Below, piece by piece: positions 47,501-61,843 of a DNA stretch of 64,000 bases. The stretch is from Bacilli bacterium (GTDB lineage Bacteria; Bacillota_I; Bacilli_A; RF39; UBA660): NCBI GenBank assembly GCA_900758495.1, contig CAAERO010000019.1:14252-78251 (forward strand), in the 5' to 3' direction. Under the pieces are notes generated by a model. That model was not told the DNA's origin and ran no database searches. It saw nothing but the letters and a program-made list of their open reading frames with translations. A program made the position numbers and the translations under genes. How positions within the stretch are numbered: the first letter of the stretch is position 1; each line of letters opens with the position of its first letter.

Positions 47501-50500
47501 CTTTAAAGCTAAACGTTGAAGAAAGACCCTGAGTAGGGATACGGTAACCAACACCCATAGGAGTGGCATCCTTACCTATTATACCTTTCTCAAGTAACCA
47601 TCTTCTCATTTGGCCATAACTACCTTGATACTCTTTTGGTACAATGTGTCTAAAGAAGTTAGTACTAAGCATGACATCCATACTACCGTCTTTATTCAAG
47701 AAACGTAATTTCTTACCATCATTAAATGCAGTACCTATTGCAGATTGTTTACGAGCACCAGTAGCTTTGAAACCAAATGAAGACATCTGAATAGCTGAGC
47801 CACCTGGAGTATTTAAATCTACTACTTGTTTATTAATGTAAGATATTATTCTGCTTTCAACCCAATTTCTTGAACTTGTAGCAGCAAGAGGAATACGGAA
47901 TTCACCATTTTCATCTAACTTAAATCCATCAATTACTTCATCAGACATACCTGAAGAAACGGCCTGACTTATTAAGTAATCTGATAAAGCTTTATTATTA
48001 ATAGTACCGTCTTTAAGGAATCGTTTTAATACGTCATTGGCTCCTCTTACAGATAATTTATTAATAGCACTCATTACTCTTTCTTTGATTTGAGCACCTG
48101 TAACAGACTGTCCTTTATTATTACCATAAGTACGATTATCTATAAGGTTACCAAGGCATATCTTAACTGCCTAAGTACCAAATGAACGATCCAAATGTTC
48201 ATGAGGACTAGTATTAAGCTGCAATCTTAAGTTACTGATATCCTACTTAAATACTGGTAGATTACCCTCTTGGTGATACTTATCATAAGACGGTTTGCCA
48301 AGATCTTCTATATTGAAAGTATTATTCATACTATCCAAATATGTTTGATACTTTTGTCTACCACCTACTTTAACAGCAGATTCAAAAGTAAGCATATCGA
48401 TAGTTCCCAGTTCCTCATTGTTCATGCGCTCATAAAGAAGTCTATTATCACCTTTAGCCAACACCTTAAACATAGGGAACATTGCCATCTTATCAAATAC
48501 TGGTATATTCAAATTAAGCTGGCTATCTCGATGATCACCAAAGTAAACCATCTTCAAAGGATTGATAAGAGCTGAAGTAGTTTTAGCATACTTAACAGGA
48601 TCATTAAGCCAACTTTCGTCTTCTCCTTCCATTATTCTATATGCTTCTTCTATTTCATCAGACCAGTTACCAAGTGCTTTCATGATACGCCTGTATAAAG
48701 CAGGACGTACATATACAGCAGCATCAGATTGGTTAATAGCTCCGTCACTATAAGGATTAGCGCTATTCTTAGAATAACTATCTACAAACTTCTATTGCTC
48801 TTTATCCAAAGAATCATAGAACTTCTATTCCTTTTCTTCAGTATTAAGAGCTTCTATCAACATATCATCTGTATAAGCAGGATATCTTTGACTAAGCAAA
48901 TCTCTTAATATAGAGTTACGGAATATCTTATACAATTCTCCATAGTATTCAGAACCAATTTCATTATCCTTCAAATGCAATACACTAATAGAAGTGTCAT
49001 TTTCTGCAGGATTGTCCCATATAGTTCTAAGATTAGTACCAGTAGAAAGTACAGCAGATAGACGTTTGATCTTGTCTACATCTCGACCAGATATAACATC
49101 GTAGCTTGCTATTACTTCTCCACTATCGTCTCTTACTTCCTTATTAAACTTCTTCCATTTATAGTAAGCAGGGTCACCTGTAAAGCATTTCTCTACCTCT
49201 ATAATAGATAAAGCACTATTAGCTACATGAGAACCAATAATAGAGTACAGTATATCTTCATTAAGTAATGAACCTTCTTCCGTAGTATACATACCATTAT
49301 TAGCTGCTTTTTTATAGTAAGAGTATATATTATAAGGAATAAGTTTATTTACAAACCTACCATTTTTGAAGCCCAATATACCTCTATTTACAAGTTTGTT
49401 CATCTCTCTTGTAGTAGCTCCTACAAGTAGATTATTCATAGCTTGATAAATATTAGCACTTGTAGTCAGTTCTTCACTACTATTAACTCTTTCAAAACCG
49501 AGCAATAATACTTTAAGATCTTTAAGATACTACATTACTTCTTCATTAGAACCATTTTTTTCGAGGTTAGCTAAATCCTAGTTAATATTAATGATTCTGT
49601 CACCAACTCTAAGACTACTAAAGTATCTAAATCTACCACCATTACCACTAGCGTCCATCTTACCATTCTTAATCTTACCGTGGTAATTATCAACTCTCAG
49701 AGTAGGATTCTTCTCTACAAATGGCTTATGAACATAGTAATCGAATACTGCATCAAATTCATCTAACCAGTAATTAATAAAGATATCGAGAGTTCTTTTA
49801 CTAAATCGTCTATCATCAGTAATGATTAAAGACACATCATCGGGTATCTCTTCACCTAATACAGCATAGTAATTAGCTGTACCTTCATCAAAGTACTTAG
49901 AGGTTATAGTATCTCTTACTAATTGTAAACCAGATATACTGTACCAAGTCTTTTTATCAGACATAGTAGGTAGTATCATCTGATTGTTGAAGGTAAGAGT
50001 TAATTTAGCTATATAGTCTTCAATAGGTGTAATGCCAAAGTAATCACGACTTGATTCTCCTATATTAAGTGCTAAGAAGTTATGCAACTTAAAGTTAGTA
50101 TCTTTAGCATTTGCAATCAAACTTCTTCTACTATAAGGAGTATCTAATATCTATTGTCTTTTACCATGAGCATCTTTATTGATATTACGTACCTAATCTG
50201 AAAAATAATTATTTTCGCTAATAGGATATACTAAAGCACCATCTGCTCCTACTACACTGAATTCTTGTGGAGACGGATGTACCTTACCATATGCTACAGC
50301 CATTTTATTAATCTGAGCATCCTTAGAGCTATAATTGAATATACGGTCAATAGTTCTTGCTGTACCTTGCCCAGAACGCTTTTTAATATAAGATTTACCT
50401 GATAAGCCAAGAGCTACGATATCACCTAATACACCGTTATTAAAGCTCTATCTTTCCTTAGAAGACCAGAATGAAATAAACTTGTTTAATTGTTCATTAT

Positions 50501-53500
50501 CTGTAATGTTAGAATCTGGCATCTAAGACAATAAATAATTAAGAGCTAATTCATCAAATGGTATTTGAATAGCATTACATATTTGTATGAAATTATCTTT
50601 CATTTCCTGTAGTACTAATTCACTATCAGGCATATTTTTCTTTAACTTCTTAGCTTTAGTAGCCAATATATTAAGTCTGGTTCTTCGTGAATTGACATAC
50701 TTAACAGCGTTAGGATCGAGATATCTCTATCCGTTATCATCCACTTTTACATTAGCGGATGCAAAAAATGCCTTAGACCATCTTGATGGTAAACGTCTAA
50801 TCTTTCTAAGATTATCACTGTCTAACACTTCCCAAATAGATCTCTTAAGAGCAGCAGCTGTTTCAAAATCCCTCTATTCATCTGACATATCATATGTAAT
50901 ATTAGGAGTATCCGATTTAGCCTCAATCGTATTCATCTGAATTTTAGCTGACTTAATTGTAGTCTCTAGCTGAGTTTTAGTATTATCGTCAATAGGATTC
51001 TCTTCAGATGTAAACATTTCATTCAATGCATAGAATGTGGGATCTGTTTCAGCTAATCTAGCTGTAGTATCAATAATATCTTGATAAGAATCAATATCCC
51101 ATAAATTCTCCATTATCTTATTCCATACAATATTGAATGATTCAGTAGTAGGAATACTAAATATTTCATCTAATACTGGAGCTATTTCTCTAGTAACTAC
51201 TCCAGTCTGTTCATCTCTAATAAATGTATATTCATACTTAGGTACAGAATAGAAGAACAGTTTAGCTCTGAATGCAATATTATCTTTCTTAGATATATCT
51301 CCTTGATTTTTATCCCAAGTGTTATCAGGATTATCACCAGTTTCAGTATCTAATCTATTATCTTCTTCAGTCTGTTGCTTATCTACTTCTTTAATACCTA
51401 ATTGATTAAGTCTACTCAATATATTCTTCTTAAATATATCTTTATTACTTACGACATCCTCTACTAACGGTATGTATTCCTCAGCAATCCAACCTGCATC
51501 TATTCTATCCTGAATAGTATCGAACATACCATCTATATCTAATGCATGAACATCATCAATAGTTCTAATATTATACATTGAAAGAGCTGTAGAAGTCAAT
51601 GAATTAGCTACACTATAAAAGGTCTGAGAGTCAAATATGTTAGGCATATTATTAATCTGCTCTGCAGTAAGACCAGGTATATAATATGTTACTCCATATG
51701 GATGTTTTCTATAGAATTCTTCAGCTATAGTATCAGCTACTTTATAATCTTTAAACTATCCTTGTTTAATAGCTTTAAATAACTGTCTAGGGAAGTTAGG
51801 TTTACCAAATAAAGCTCTAATATAGTCTCTTACATTCTTAAAAAATTTGACGATTTTATATCGCAGAGAAGGATTCTTTTCATTAATCATATAACTTCTA
51901 AATTCCTCTGCGAGAGCTTCTTCAACCTACTGTTCAGTATAATCTCTAGCTTCACTATGAGTGTTGACATACTCTTGATATACAGCTCTACGTTGAGCTT
52001 CATTCAGTAACAGTAAACTAACATAGTGAAATGCTTCATGATATTCTACACCTTCTCCAGATTGTAAAGATAAACCTATTTGTGGCATTATTTCTTGAGT
52101 AATAGCATTGACTACCATTCTCATAATACCATATGCCTTTTCATTAGAACCAGTAGCAAACATAGCATTAGTCACTATAATATTCTCTGGATCCAATCCA
52201 AGCGTATCTACTAACCATTTTCTAGCAGATTCAGCATTAAGTGTATTAGTACCTCTTACTGTAGAGAATACTCCTGCTACTTTATCTTTAGGAGTCTATA
52301 ATACAATCTTCTTACCTTGTCTATTAGTAATAATACCCCAAGTATGACCAGGAAGCAATTTCTAATTAGAAGGAATAGTAAGACCATATTTATCAAGATT
52401 CTCTTGTGTAGCAGGTTCAGCTATCACCGGTTGTTTAGGAGTACCTTGTTTCTTTTCAGGAGTAGCCTTAACTGGAGATTGAGTAGCTATAGTCTGTCCA
52501 TTAGAAGCAACAGAAGATCTTGTAGCAGTAGAAGCCTTCTTCTATGATTCTACTACTTTCACATCATCCGCATATACAAAAGGAGCTTTAAAAGCATGAT
52601 CACCTAAGTCAGTCTTTATCTTGCCATGATTGATAAACCAAGCAGCCATAAGAATAGGCTCATTAACTTTTACAAGTTTACCATTCTATTTACTATAACC
52701 TAATTCTCTAAGAGAGAAAGTAATGGCATCATTACCGAAACGTATTTGAGTATCATCATTAGATGCTAATTCAGGATGATTAGTTATTACTCTAATCATA
52801 CCATTTACTACCTACTCAGGAATACGGGACATTAATAAATCTTTATCTGTATTCCAGTGTATATTCTGTGATATCTCATATACGATTCTTTTCTTCTATG
52901 AGTCAGTAATACCGTCAAGTTTAGTATAACGAGTAGTATAACCCATTCTAGGATTAGTATAATCTCTTAATGCTCCATTTACAAAGAATCTTTTACCAAG
53001 AGCATTTTCATATACATTTAACTACTTTCTTACCAAGAAGTTAAGAGAAACCTTTTCTTTATCTGTTAAACCAGATACAATAGTCTTATCCCCATTATTA
53101 GCAAGAATACCAAGTAAGAATTCATCTATTTCATTATGGAAGAATCCATTAACCATAAGTTCGTAAATGAACTCTGCGGTACTCATAGGAATAGGCTTAC
53201 CGTTTTCATCTCTATTGATAGTACCATCTACATTCTTACTTAACTATATTTCACTATAATTATTTACATTGGGTATTCGATGTAATTCTTCTGCTAACAT
53301 TATAGGCAAAGTACTATTCTATGACGGAGTATTTTCTACTTTAGGAACATAATACAATTTACCAGCATATCCAGTACCTTGAACAGAAGTATCGTCAGTC
53401 TAATCTAGTTTTACAATACTAAAGGGATTTAAACCAAATGGCCCAGTACCGTATCCTATTTCTACATCTCCAGTAACAATAGCTTCTGTTAATTTGTGAC

Positions 53501-56500
53501 CATCACTAGGTATCTAAAAGTCGTCAACTTCATTCAAATGTCTATAAACAGGATTACCGTTTTCATCTACTATGTTATTAAGAGTACCATTGCTGATACG
53601 CATATTAGTAGGTTTAACGTGTTTTGCTGCCTCTAGAGGCAATCTACCATCTGTAAAATAGTTCGGTGCGTATTGTTTGATGATCTTAGTTCTAAGGGCA
53701 AGCAAATGGCTAATCTGAGCATCTACATCTTCAGGAGTCATACCAAGATTAAGTAGGTCATCTCTCAGACTTTGAGTAATAGCTCTTAAAGAAGTATTAT
53801 ATACTATACCATCTTTTTCTATAATCAGATGTATAGCTAAGTTCTTCAATGCGGTATCTCCACCACTCATATCATGTGTACTTGAGGTTACCACATAATA
53901 TGCGTCATCTACCGTACTAAGCCATCCTGGAGTAGCCAGGTTAACTGCTAATACAGAGCCAGGTCTACGTTCAGCTGCTTTGCCATCCTTTGTAATGAAT
54001 GTAACAGGTTTGCCTGCTACTGTAATAGGCATTACTTCATCAGTAGTAGGTAAGTAGAAGAAAGTATTAGCTATGTAAGCTCTCTTTTGTTTACTCTTAG
54101 TAATAATAGGATTACGTTCGTCCATATCTGCTGTATCATTAGCATACGTAGCAGGACCAGTAAATCCATCATCATACATTTCGTCAAATACATTTTGTAC
54201 TTGAAGCATTTCTTCTCCTATAGTAATAGAGTTATCCGGATTCTATTGCATAGTAGGATCCCATTTTACTTCATCTGTAGCAGGGTCAATGTATACCTCA
54301 GATGCTTTACCTTCTTCAAGAGTAGGAGGAGCTACTTTATCTTTCTATGCTTCCTATATTGGAGCAGGAGTAGGTTCAATGCTAGGAGAAGGTTCTGGTG
54401 TTTGTACTTCAGGTACTTTTGGTTTCTTTTCCTCTATAGTAGAAGGAACGTCTTTGTCTTCTTTTTCTTCTTCAAATGAAGACTGAGAATCATCGTTTGC
54501 TGCTTCTTCAGCAGAATCATTAATAGGATTTTCTGGAGTTACTTCTTCTACAGCATTGGTGGCTATCTCTATATCTAATTTAGAATTATCGTCATTATCC
54601 TAATTGTTATTAACAGCTTCCTCCTATACCTTAGTACGCTCTGTATCATCAACATAAGTATCGTCTAATTCATACTCTCTAGCTTCTTCTTCATCGAGTA
54701 ATTCTTGAGGTAATGTCTCTAATTCAGGATTTGCTTCCTATTCCAATTTATTTACAAGAGTTTCAATCTAAGAAATAGTTTTACTATCCTCATCTTCTTT
54801 TTCCTTCATCTCATCCTGAGGTACAACAGGAGGAGTATTTTCTTCCATTGTATCCATAGGAGATTCAGTTTTCTCAGCTGGAGAAGGTTGTTCTAAAGTA
54901 GCAGGTTCCTCAGTAGTTACAGTTTGAGTATCTTCATCAACTACAGGTTCTTCTGCAGGAGTACCCTACTCTTCTTCTTTTTCCTGTCTTGCTACCTGTT
55001 CTTTGCTATCTCTACGTATTAAATCTCTTTGAATAACAGATACAGCTCTACGCTTATAAAGTGATTGCTTATCAGCTAAGTTCTCGCTTTCATCCCACTC
55101 CTTATTTACTTTGTCATTGTAGTCTTTGATTACCTGTTGTTCAGATCTAGGCTGTCTTCCATTAGCTTCATCTTCATTAGCTGCATTAGTAAGTATAGAT
55201 TGTCTTTGAGCATCTGTTATATTATCCCAAGTAGGTCTATAAAGTCTTGTATCGCCAGCATAAGAACCGACGATATATGCAGCATTATGTTGAATAAGAT
55301 CTTGTGTAGCTCCGTCATTAATAAACTTCTCAGTAAGAGCTTGTTCTAATTCCTCTTGATAGGGAAGAGCTATAGCGTTTAATGCTTCTTGTTGCTCTGT
55401 TGTTCTTTTATTCTATTTCTTTAGATTCTTAATATACTATTGAATTCCAGATATACCATCTATGTTGACGTCTAAGTTTAAGTCCTACTTTAGACGTTTT
55501 AAATCTTGCTTTCTATTAGATAGCTCCGTATCAATAGTATTAAGAACTTTAAAATAAGTATTATTTATAAGATTATTAATAGCACTCTCTCTATATTGAA
55601 CAAAGTCTATTGCTTCATCTCCTTCTAATTCGTCTACATATTGATTATACATTAGTCTAAACATACTATCTAACGTATTATCATTACGTATTTTAGATTC
55701 AAGTTCTTCAATAGCTTTAGTAGAATTTTCAGAAGCTTGTGTCTGATCATTCAATCTATCACGTAAATTAATGGCATTCTTGATAATCTGATTATATTGT
55801 GTATCACCAAAAGTAGCATTAATTTGATTAGCTATATCATTAAGTTCTTTATTAGAGACATAAGTAGATACAGTATTAGCTAAAGCTATGTCTTCATCAA
55901 TCATTTCATCAGTTACACCTTCTGGCTTATATTGTTTCAATGATTGTAAAGAGTTACGTATTCTACCAAAGTTATTACCATTCTACTTAGAAGCGGAGAT
56001 AAACTGATCTATTTTGTTATCTCTTTCAGCATCAGCATAATGATCAGCAGTAAGACCTCTAAGTTTATTGTCTGTTAATACCTGCTTAGTGCCTTCATAT
56101 ACATCCCTAGCTCCATATACTCCTGTCATAAACAAACCAGTAAATCCACCAATCTTCATTTCATTGATAAGATCCTTATCTGTATTAAGAGTATTATCTG
56201 GATGTATTCCATAGTAAGCTAAATTGGCTTCTAATCCTAGATTAGCCATATTGGCTGCACCACTTAACAAAGAATATCCTTCAGCATTATCATAATCTCC
56301 TTTTTGATATCTACTAGATACTAAATTCTGAACACCTTCTTCAGTACGTTCAGTAAAATAACTTAATCCTAAAGCTTTACCTAATTTAGTAATAGTACTT
56401 AAAGCATCCTTAGTAGCTACTTTACCCATAGGGTTCTTAGATATCTTATCAGCTACTCTGGTAAGGGTATTATCAAGTATGGAATTACCTGCCTCAGCTA

Positions 56501-58097
56501 ATCCTCTATTAGATACTGACTAAGCCATTTCAGCAGAAGTAGCCATGTTAGGAGTCTTACCCAGTAATCTACGCATACCATATGCTCTAGACAGCCATTG
56601 GCCACCATATGAGAATAAAGTAGATTCTACATAATCAGGAATAGATAAGGCTGAGTTAGTCTGTTTTAATACTTCTAAACCCTTTTTAGATTCGTCAAGT
56701 ATTTCGTTATATCTTGGATCGTCAGTCTTTAACTGTTGTGCTACGGATGCTTGAAATATTTCATAATCATCCATATCATCTACAGGATAGCCTAATGAAG
56801 CCAATCTAGACTTCGTCTGATTAGTAATATTAGAAATATTAATACCTAATTCATTAGCACCATTAAGTACTCTTTCTTGATATGCAGAGAATGCTTCTGA
56901 AGATGTTTCACTATCGCGCATATAAGAAGCTATGGCATAGTTAACTCCAGCTTCAGTCATAGCATATAACAAAGGTAAAGTACCACCAGAGCTTGCAGAG
57001 AGAGCTCCTTTAGCTACTCCATTCAATATAGCACTGGCTCCCATTTGACCAATCATAGCTCCAAATTCTGAGTAACTACTACCTAAATGAGGCAATGCGT
57101 AATACCAACTCATAGGATCGTCGATACTAATTTCGTTTCTCTCGAATTTAGCTTTGAATTCTGGGTCTATCTTAGTAGGATCGAATAATAGATTACCTTT
57201 CTTGATAGTGTTAATCTTAGCTTGAATATCTTCTTCTTTAGATTTCTTTCTGGCATTAGCTACCTGTAAAGCTTCATCTAACTAACTTACTTGTGTAGAA
57301 AGAGAATTCATATCATTCTTATTTCTACTATCCCACATAAACTACATTTGTTCAGGACTGAGTTTACCTATATTACCAAATATAGTATTAACTCCCTCAG
57401 CAGACAACATGTGTTTAAAGTTATTATTGGGATTTAAGTCAGCAGAGTAATTTGCATTAAGGTAGTCATAAGTTAAATATTTTAAATAATCTTTAACACT
57501 ACCAAACTTCTCACGATTCTTAAATAGTTCTTGAGGTCTTGTTTCATAAAATATATCCTGCAGATAAGGATTAGTTCTAGCCATTTCCTTAACAGCAGGT
57601 TCTAATTGAGCAATTTTTTGGCTCAATTCATTCTAACGAGTATAGGCTGCAGCTAATTGTGAATCAGACCAGTTATACCCATTAAGCTCTATATTCCTAT
57701 TTAAGTCTATTAATTCTTGTTTAGAATTTAAATAGTCTTTAGCATTTTCTAGTTGAGGAACCCATAATCCTTCAGTAGAAGATAGCTCACTATACTTCTT
57801 ATCCAAGTTAACCTAATGACCTTGTACATTAGCTTGTCTCCAAGGATCTAATACAGTGTGACCTATTTTATTATCTGTAATTATATCTAATAAGCTAAAC
57901 TCATTATCTTTTTCAGTTTTTGGTCTACTGTAATCAGCTTCTTCCAATTGTTTATGTACAGACTCAGCTGCTTCATTAAGCAACTGAGCCTATCTGGCTT
58001 CTTGACTGTATTCTTGTATTCCAAAGGTATCTAGCTTTGGAGTATCATAGAGCTCAAAATCTCTTGCTCTTTGTTTAGTATTAAGTATTTTATCCAT
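44583..58097 (-). CDS. Giant (4504-codon) virion protein containing a crAss-like virion RNA polymerase module; TAG-recoded
   Basis: 16 track fragments from 44583 to 57626 share one frame. ATG at 58095-58097 is preceded by an in-frame TGA at 58119-58121; the gene ends in TAA at 44583-44585. GSDFDVDKLY (DFDVD at 47412-47426) is a DxDxD catalytic-type motif with GYRIPTQG upstream. HEAFH lies at 52026-52040. About 2.9 kb of inter-fragment gaps were checked: only TAG interrupts the frame. Confidence 0.75.
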
Positions 58098-58105
58098 AAT
58101 AGATA

Positions 58106-59827
58106 TTAATTCATTCTTTCATACTCTGAAATGAGATTCTATGTATCTGTAATTTTACTGCTCAAATGTCTATTATCGTGAGTCCAAGCTGCATCTCTTG
58201 TAATTGCTGACTCACCTTCATCTGGTATTAAACCTAAAATTGGAACTCTAATAAATTCTCTTGTTTTATCTGACACAGTTCTAGAAGTACCATCACTAGT
58301 AGAACTCTATCTATCTGTTGTAGATGTAGTTGTATCTCCTAATTTAACCTTTCTCATTCCCATTGCAGCTCTTTCTTCAGGAGTGAAATCACTCATTTGC
58401 TCAATAGGAATATAAGCGTATTTTCTTTGGTATAAGAAGTTACCATCAGTAGTTACTTTAGGATCACCTTTGATAATAAAGTCGTGATACTTATTACCCA
58501 TTTGCCAATTGTGTTTAAATTTATCACGAGCTACCATACCTTTAACTGTAGTATCACTCAAGTTCTTAGCATTTCTACCGCCAGGATTAATAACATTTGA
58601 ACGAGTGGTTCCCATTAATCCGTAAGCAAAGTCTTCAGCAAGAATAAAGTTACGAGTATCGTTAGCTTCATATCCACCATAAGCTTTAGTACCATTAGTA
58701 CCCTATTTAGCATATACATCACTTACTTCAGGGCTAAGTGGACTGGACATAACATCTAACAGATAGTTCTCTGCAGCAACAAGACTCTTGTGATTTCTTG
58801 CTATTTGGTTAAAGCTATTACGCATTCTAGCCTGCATTACAGCAGGGTTAGTATTAGCAGCATAAATAGCCTAATCTTCAGGGGATAATGCATCTACACC
58901 TTTCTACATTACTACAGATACTTTATCAGGAGTAAGACCACTAAAGTTATCCATTAATGTCTTACGAGCATCTCTATGTAATATAGTAGTAAGATTGTTC
59001 ATTGCTTGAGCACTTCTATTAGCAGCAGCTTTCATCTGTAACTTAGCACTTTCCATCCACCAAGGATCACGTTCAGCCTAATCATATGCAAACTCTCTAC
59101 CAGCTGTGATTAGAGTGTTATTAAGTTGATACTCAGCATCTTCTTTACTAAGACCTTGTCTTTGTAATATTTCAAGATGCTTACGGTATTCAGGAGTATT
59201 CTGTATACTTGATAGATTCTTTTGAATTTCATAATCTGTTCTATCTGTAGATACTCCAGAGTGTATCCAACCATTTGACACTCCAATAAAGCTAGCCTTC
59301 AGGTTATCAACATATGGTTTAACTAAGTCTACTTCTGATTTATAGGCTAAAGGAGATATATCGTTGAATATATCATCCTGTGCTGTATCATAATTAGTAA
59401 AGTCTACATCATGCCATAAAGGGTTATATTTACCAGATAACATTAATTGTTGATTTGCTTTCTATCTAGCAAGCATACCCTCTCTACTCTACTTAAGTCT
59501 ACTTAAATAACCGTAATCGATATTATTAATTCTCTATTGTAGTCTAGATCTAAAGTTAGCATCCTTCATAGCATCTGGATTAGTAGATGCCTCTTGAATT
59601 AAATCAGAGAACTTACCTATAGAATTTCTATAGTAGTTTTCTGTATCTACTGCAGAAGGAGATTGAAACTCTCCAAATGTAGTAATTGTATTTGTCAAAT
59701 CTTTTGCAGCCTAATCTACAGCTTCTTTCTGTGCTGCACCTATCCTATATAATTCACCAAAATTAATAGGAACGTATGTGTTTAATATAGGAGCTTCTGC
59801 AGCTCTATCATATCTATTTGCCTACAT
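58106..59827 (-). CDS. Virion-associated protein (573 codons, function unassigned); TAG-recoded, second codon is TAG
   Basis: ATG at 59825-59827, TAG at 59822-59824, TAA at 58106-58108. Joins track fragments 58307..58615 and 59078..59443 in one frame. Confidence 0.7.
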
Positions 59828-59838
59828 AATTTATCCTA

Positions 59839-61842
59839 TTATCTTAAGTACTTACTCCAATTCTTAATAGCATCTGATGTAAATCCTGCCTGTAAGAACG
59901 GTTTATATAATTCAAGCATAGCCTTATCTCTCTTACTTTGATTACGCATAAGAGATTTGTTTTGTGCAAATTGACTCAACTGACTTAATCCAGCTCTACG
60001 AATATTACGAGCAGAAGCTCTATTTTGTGCATTGAGATCTGAAGCGAGGTTTGTAGCATTGACCCATTGTTTACCAAGATCATTCATAGCATTAGCGTAT
60101 TCACCTTTATACTGATTATTAACATTACTTTCAGTAGCTCTGGCTGCAGCTTTAGCTTTATTTGCTTGGATAGCATTCTATAATCTAAATGCCATATTAT
60201 GACCAGTATTAGTCATTTGTTGACTTGCACTATAATTAGCCACATCTCTATTTTGCTCTATATCTCTAAGTAAAGGATTAATATTATATCTACGTCTACC
60301 CATAGTATTAGCAATAGCAGATGCGTATGGATTATAATTAGCCTATACTGATTCTGGATTACCTGTGAATAGATTAGACATTATTGGAGCTAGTGTTGCA
60401 AAGTCACTAATAGCGTCTACCCAGTTAGGACTATTTACTTCAGGAGTATTAACTGTAGTAGGATTAGTACCTATAGTAGGCATTATACTTCTAGTTCTAA
60501 TATCTTGAGGAGTAGCGGATACTTCTGGTACTATTTCATCAATAGTACTTAAATCAGACATTATCTCTGGAGCAACTACAGATTTAGCTACTCTAGGAGT
60601 AGCCTTTTTAGAAATAGTCTAAGAACTACTAAATTTAGTTCTTTTGGGAGCAGTAATAGTCACTTCAGGTAATGTACCAGCATTTACTTCTGATACTCTA
60701 CCATAATTATCCCAAGGAGCAGTAACATCTCCTTTTATACCCCAAGTATCTCTAACTCTTGGTGTAGGAGCACTAACACCCATACTGATTTCACCAGCAA
60801 ATCTAGGGTCTATCATAAAACCAGCAGCATTGTATCCAGCTGGAGTATTGTCACCTCCTCTAGCAAAACTCTCTAGTTCTTTAGTTTTATTCTTAATACC
60901 TTTCTTAGCTTTAATACTTTCTTGCATAGCAAATAGTTTGTCATGCATTAATTTATTATTCATCTCATTAAGCATATTTGCATTCTAAGCGTATATGTCT
61001 TTTCCTTTACTTTTCTTTCTAGTCATTACTTTATCACCTAATTCTGCAAAGGTTTTATTTGTACCAGGCACTTTCAAAGTATTACTTAATATTCTACTTC
61101 CTTCTGGTAAGTTTACTAAATTACTGTCTGTAGGCTATCCTTGTTCAGGTACTTTACTTACTGAACCATCTGGAGTCTATATTAATTCTCCATCGTCTAC
61201 ATAAGCCAATGATGAAGGAACTTTACCACCGTACTCAAATACATCAGTATCAAATTCTGTATTATCTTCATTAAATTCATTAGCTAATCTTTCTGTACCA
61301 GCTACAGCTTCTCTATTTTGAAATGCATTCAACCTTATAGCTGCTCTACGTCTTCTAAGTTTCTTATTTCTAAATGCACCTCTTAAGCCAGTACCCAGAG
61401 TACCTTCATCAAAGTCAGTAAATGAGGTCATTTCTGCTGCTTTTCCTTTCTTACCAATAAGACCAACTGCTGCACCAGCAATACCACCTACTAAACCACC
61501 TACAGGTCCACCTATAGTCATACCAAGTTGTGCTCCAGATCCTGCACCTTCCGCTATACCAGTAAGAGATTGCATAGTAGCCTCTCCACCAGTAGTAGCA
61601 GTAGAAGTCTAGAAAGGACTTGTCAATGTATTTATGGCTCCAGGTATTGCCTAAGCTATTTCTGATATATTTCCTATATTTGTATTAGCAGGATTATTCT
61701 TAATCATAAGATTGTTAGGGTTATTTGGAGCAGTCCCCCTAGCCATTGATGATTGTAATTCCTACATATTACTTAAAGATACCGGCAAACCAAACTACGC
61801 AGCAGGAATCTATATCTTTCTTTTCTTTGTATTCTTTTTCAT
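59839..61842 (-). CDS. Virion-associated protein with a Gly-rich hydrophobic segment (667 codons); TAG-recoded
   Basis: ATG at 61840-61842 (MKKNTKKRK...), TAA at 59839-59841. Joins fragments 59839.., 60343.., 60619.., 61177.. in one frame. Contains AGSGAQLGMTIGGPVGGLVGGIAGAAVGLIG. Confidence 0.7.
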
Positions 61843-61843
61843 A

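Noticed and set aside
54087-54486. Plus-strand ORFs 54087..54479 and 54289..54486
   Set aside because: They are antisense shadows of the acidic low-complexity part of the giant minus-strand ORF and have repetitive F/S/R-rich translations.
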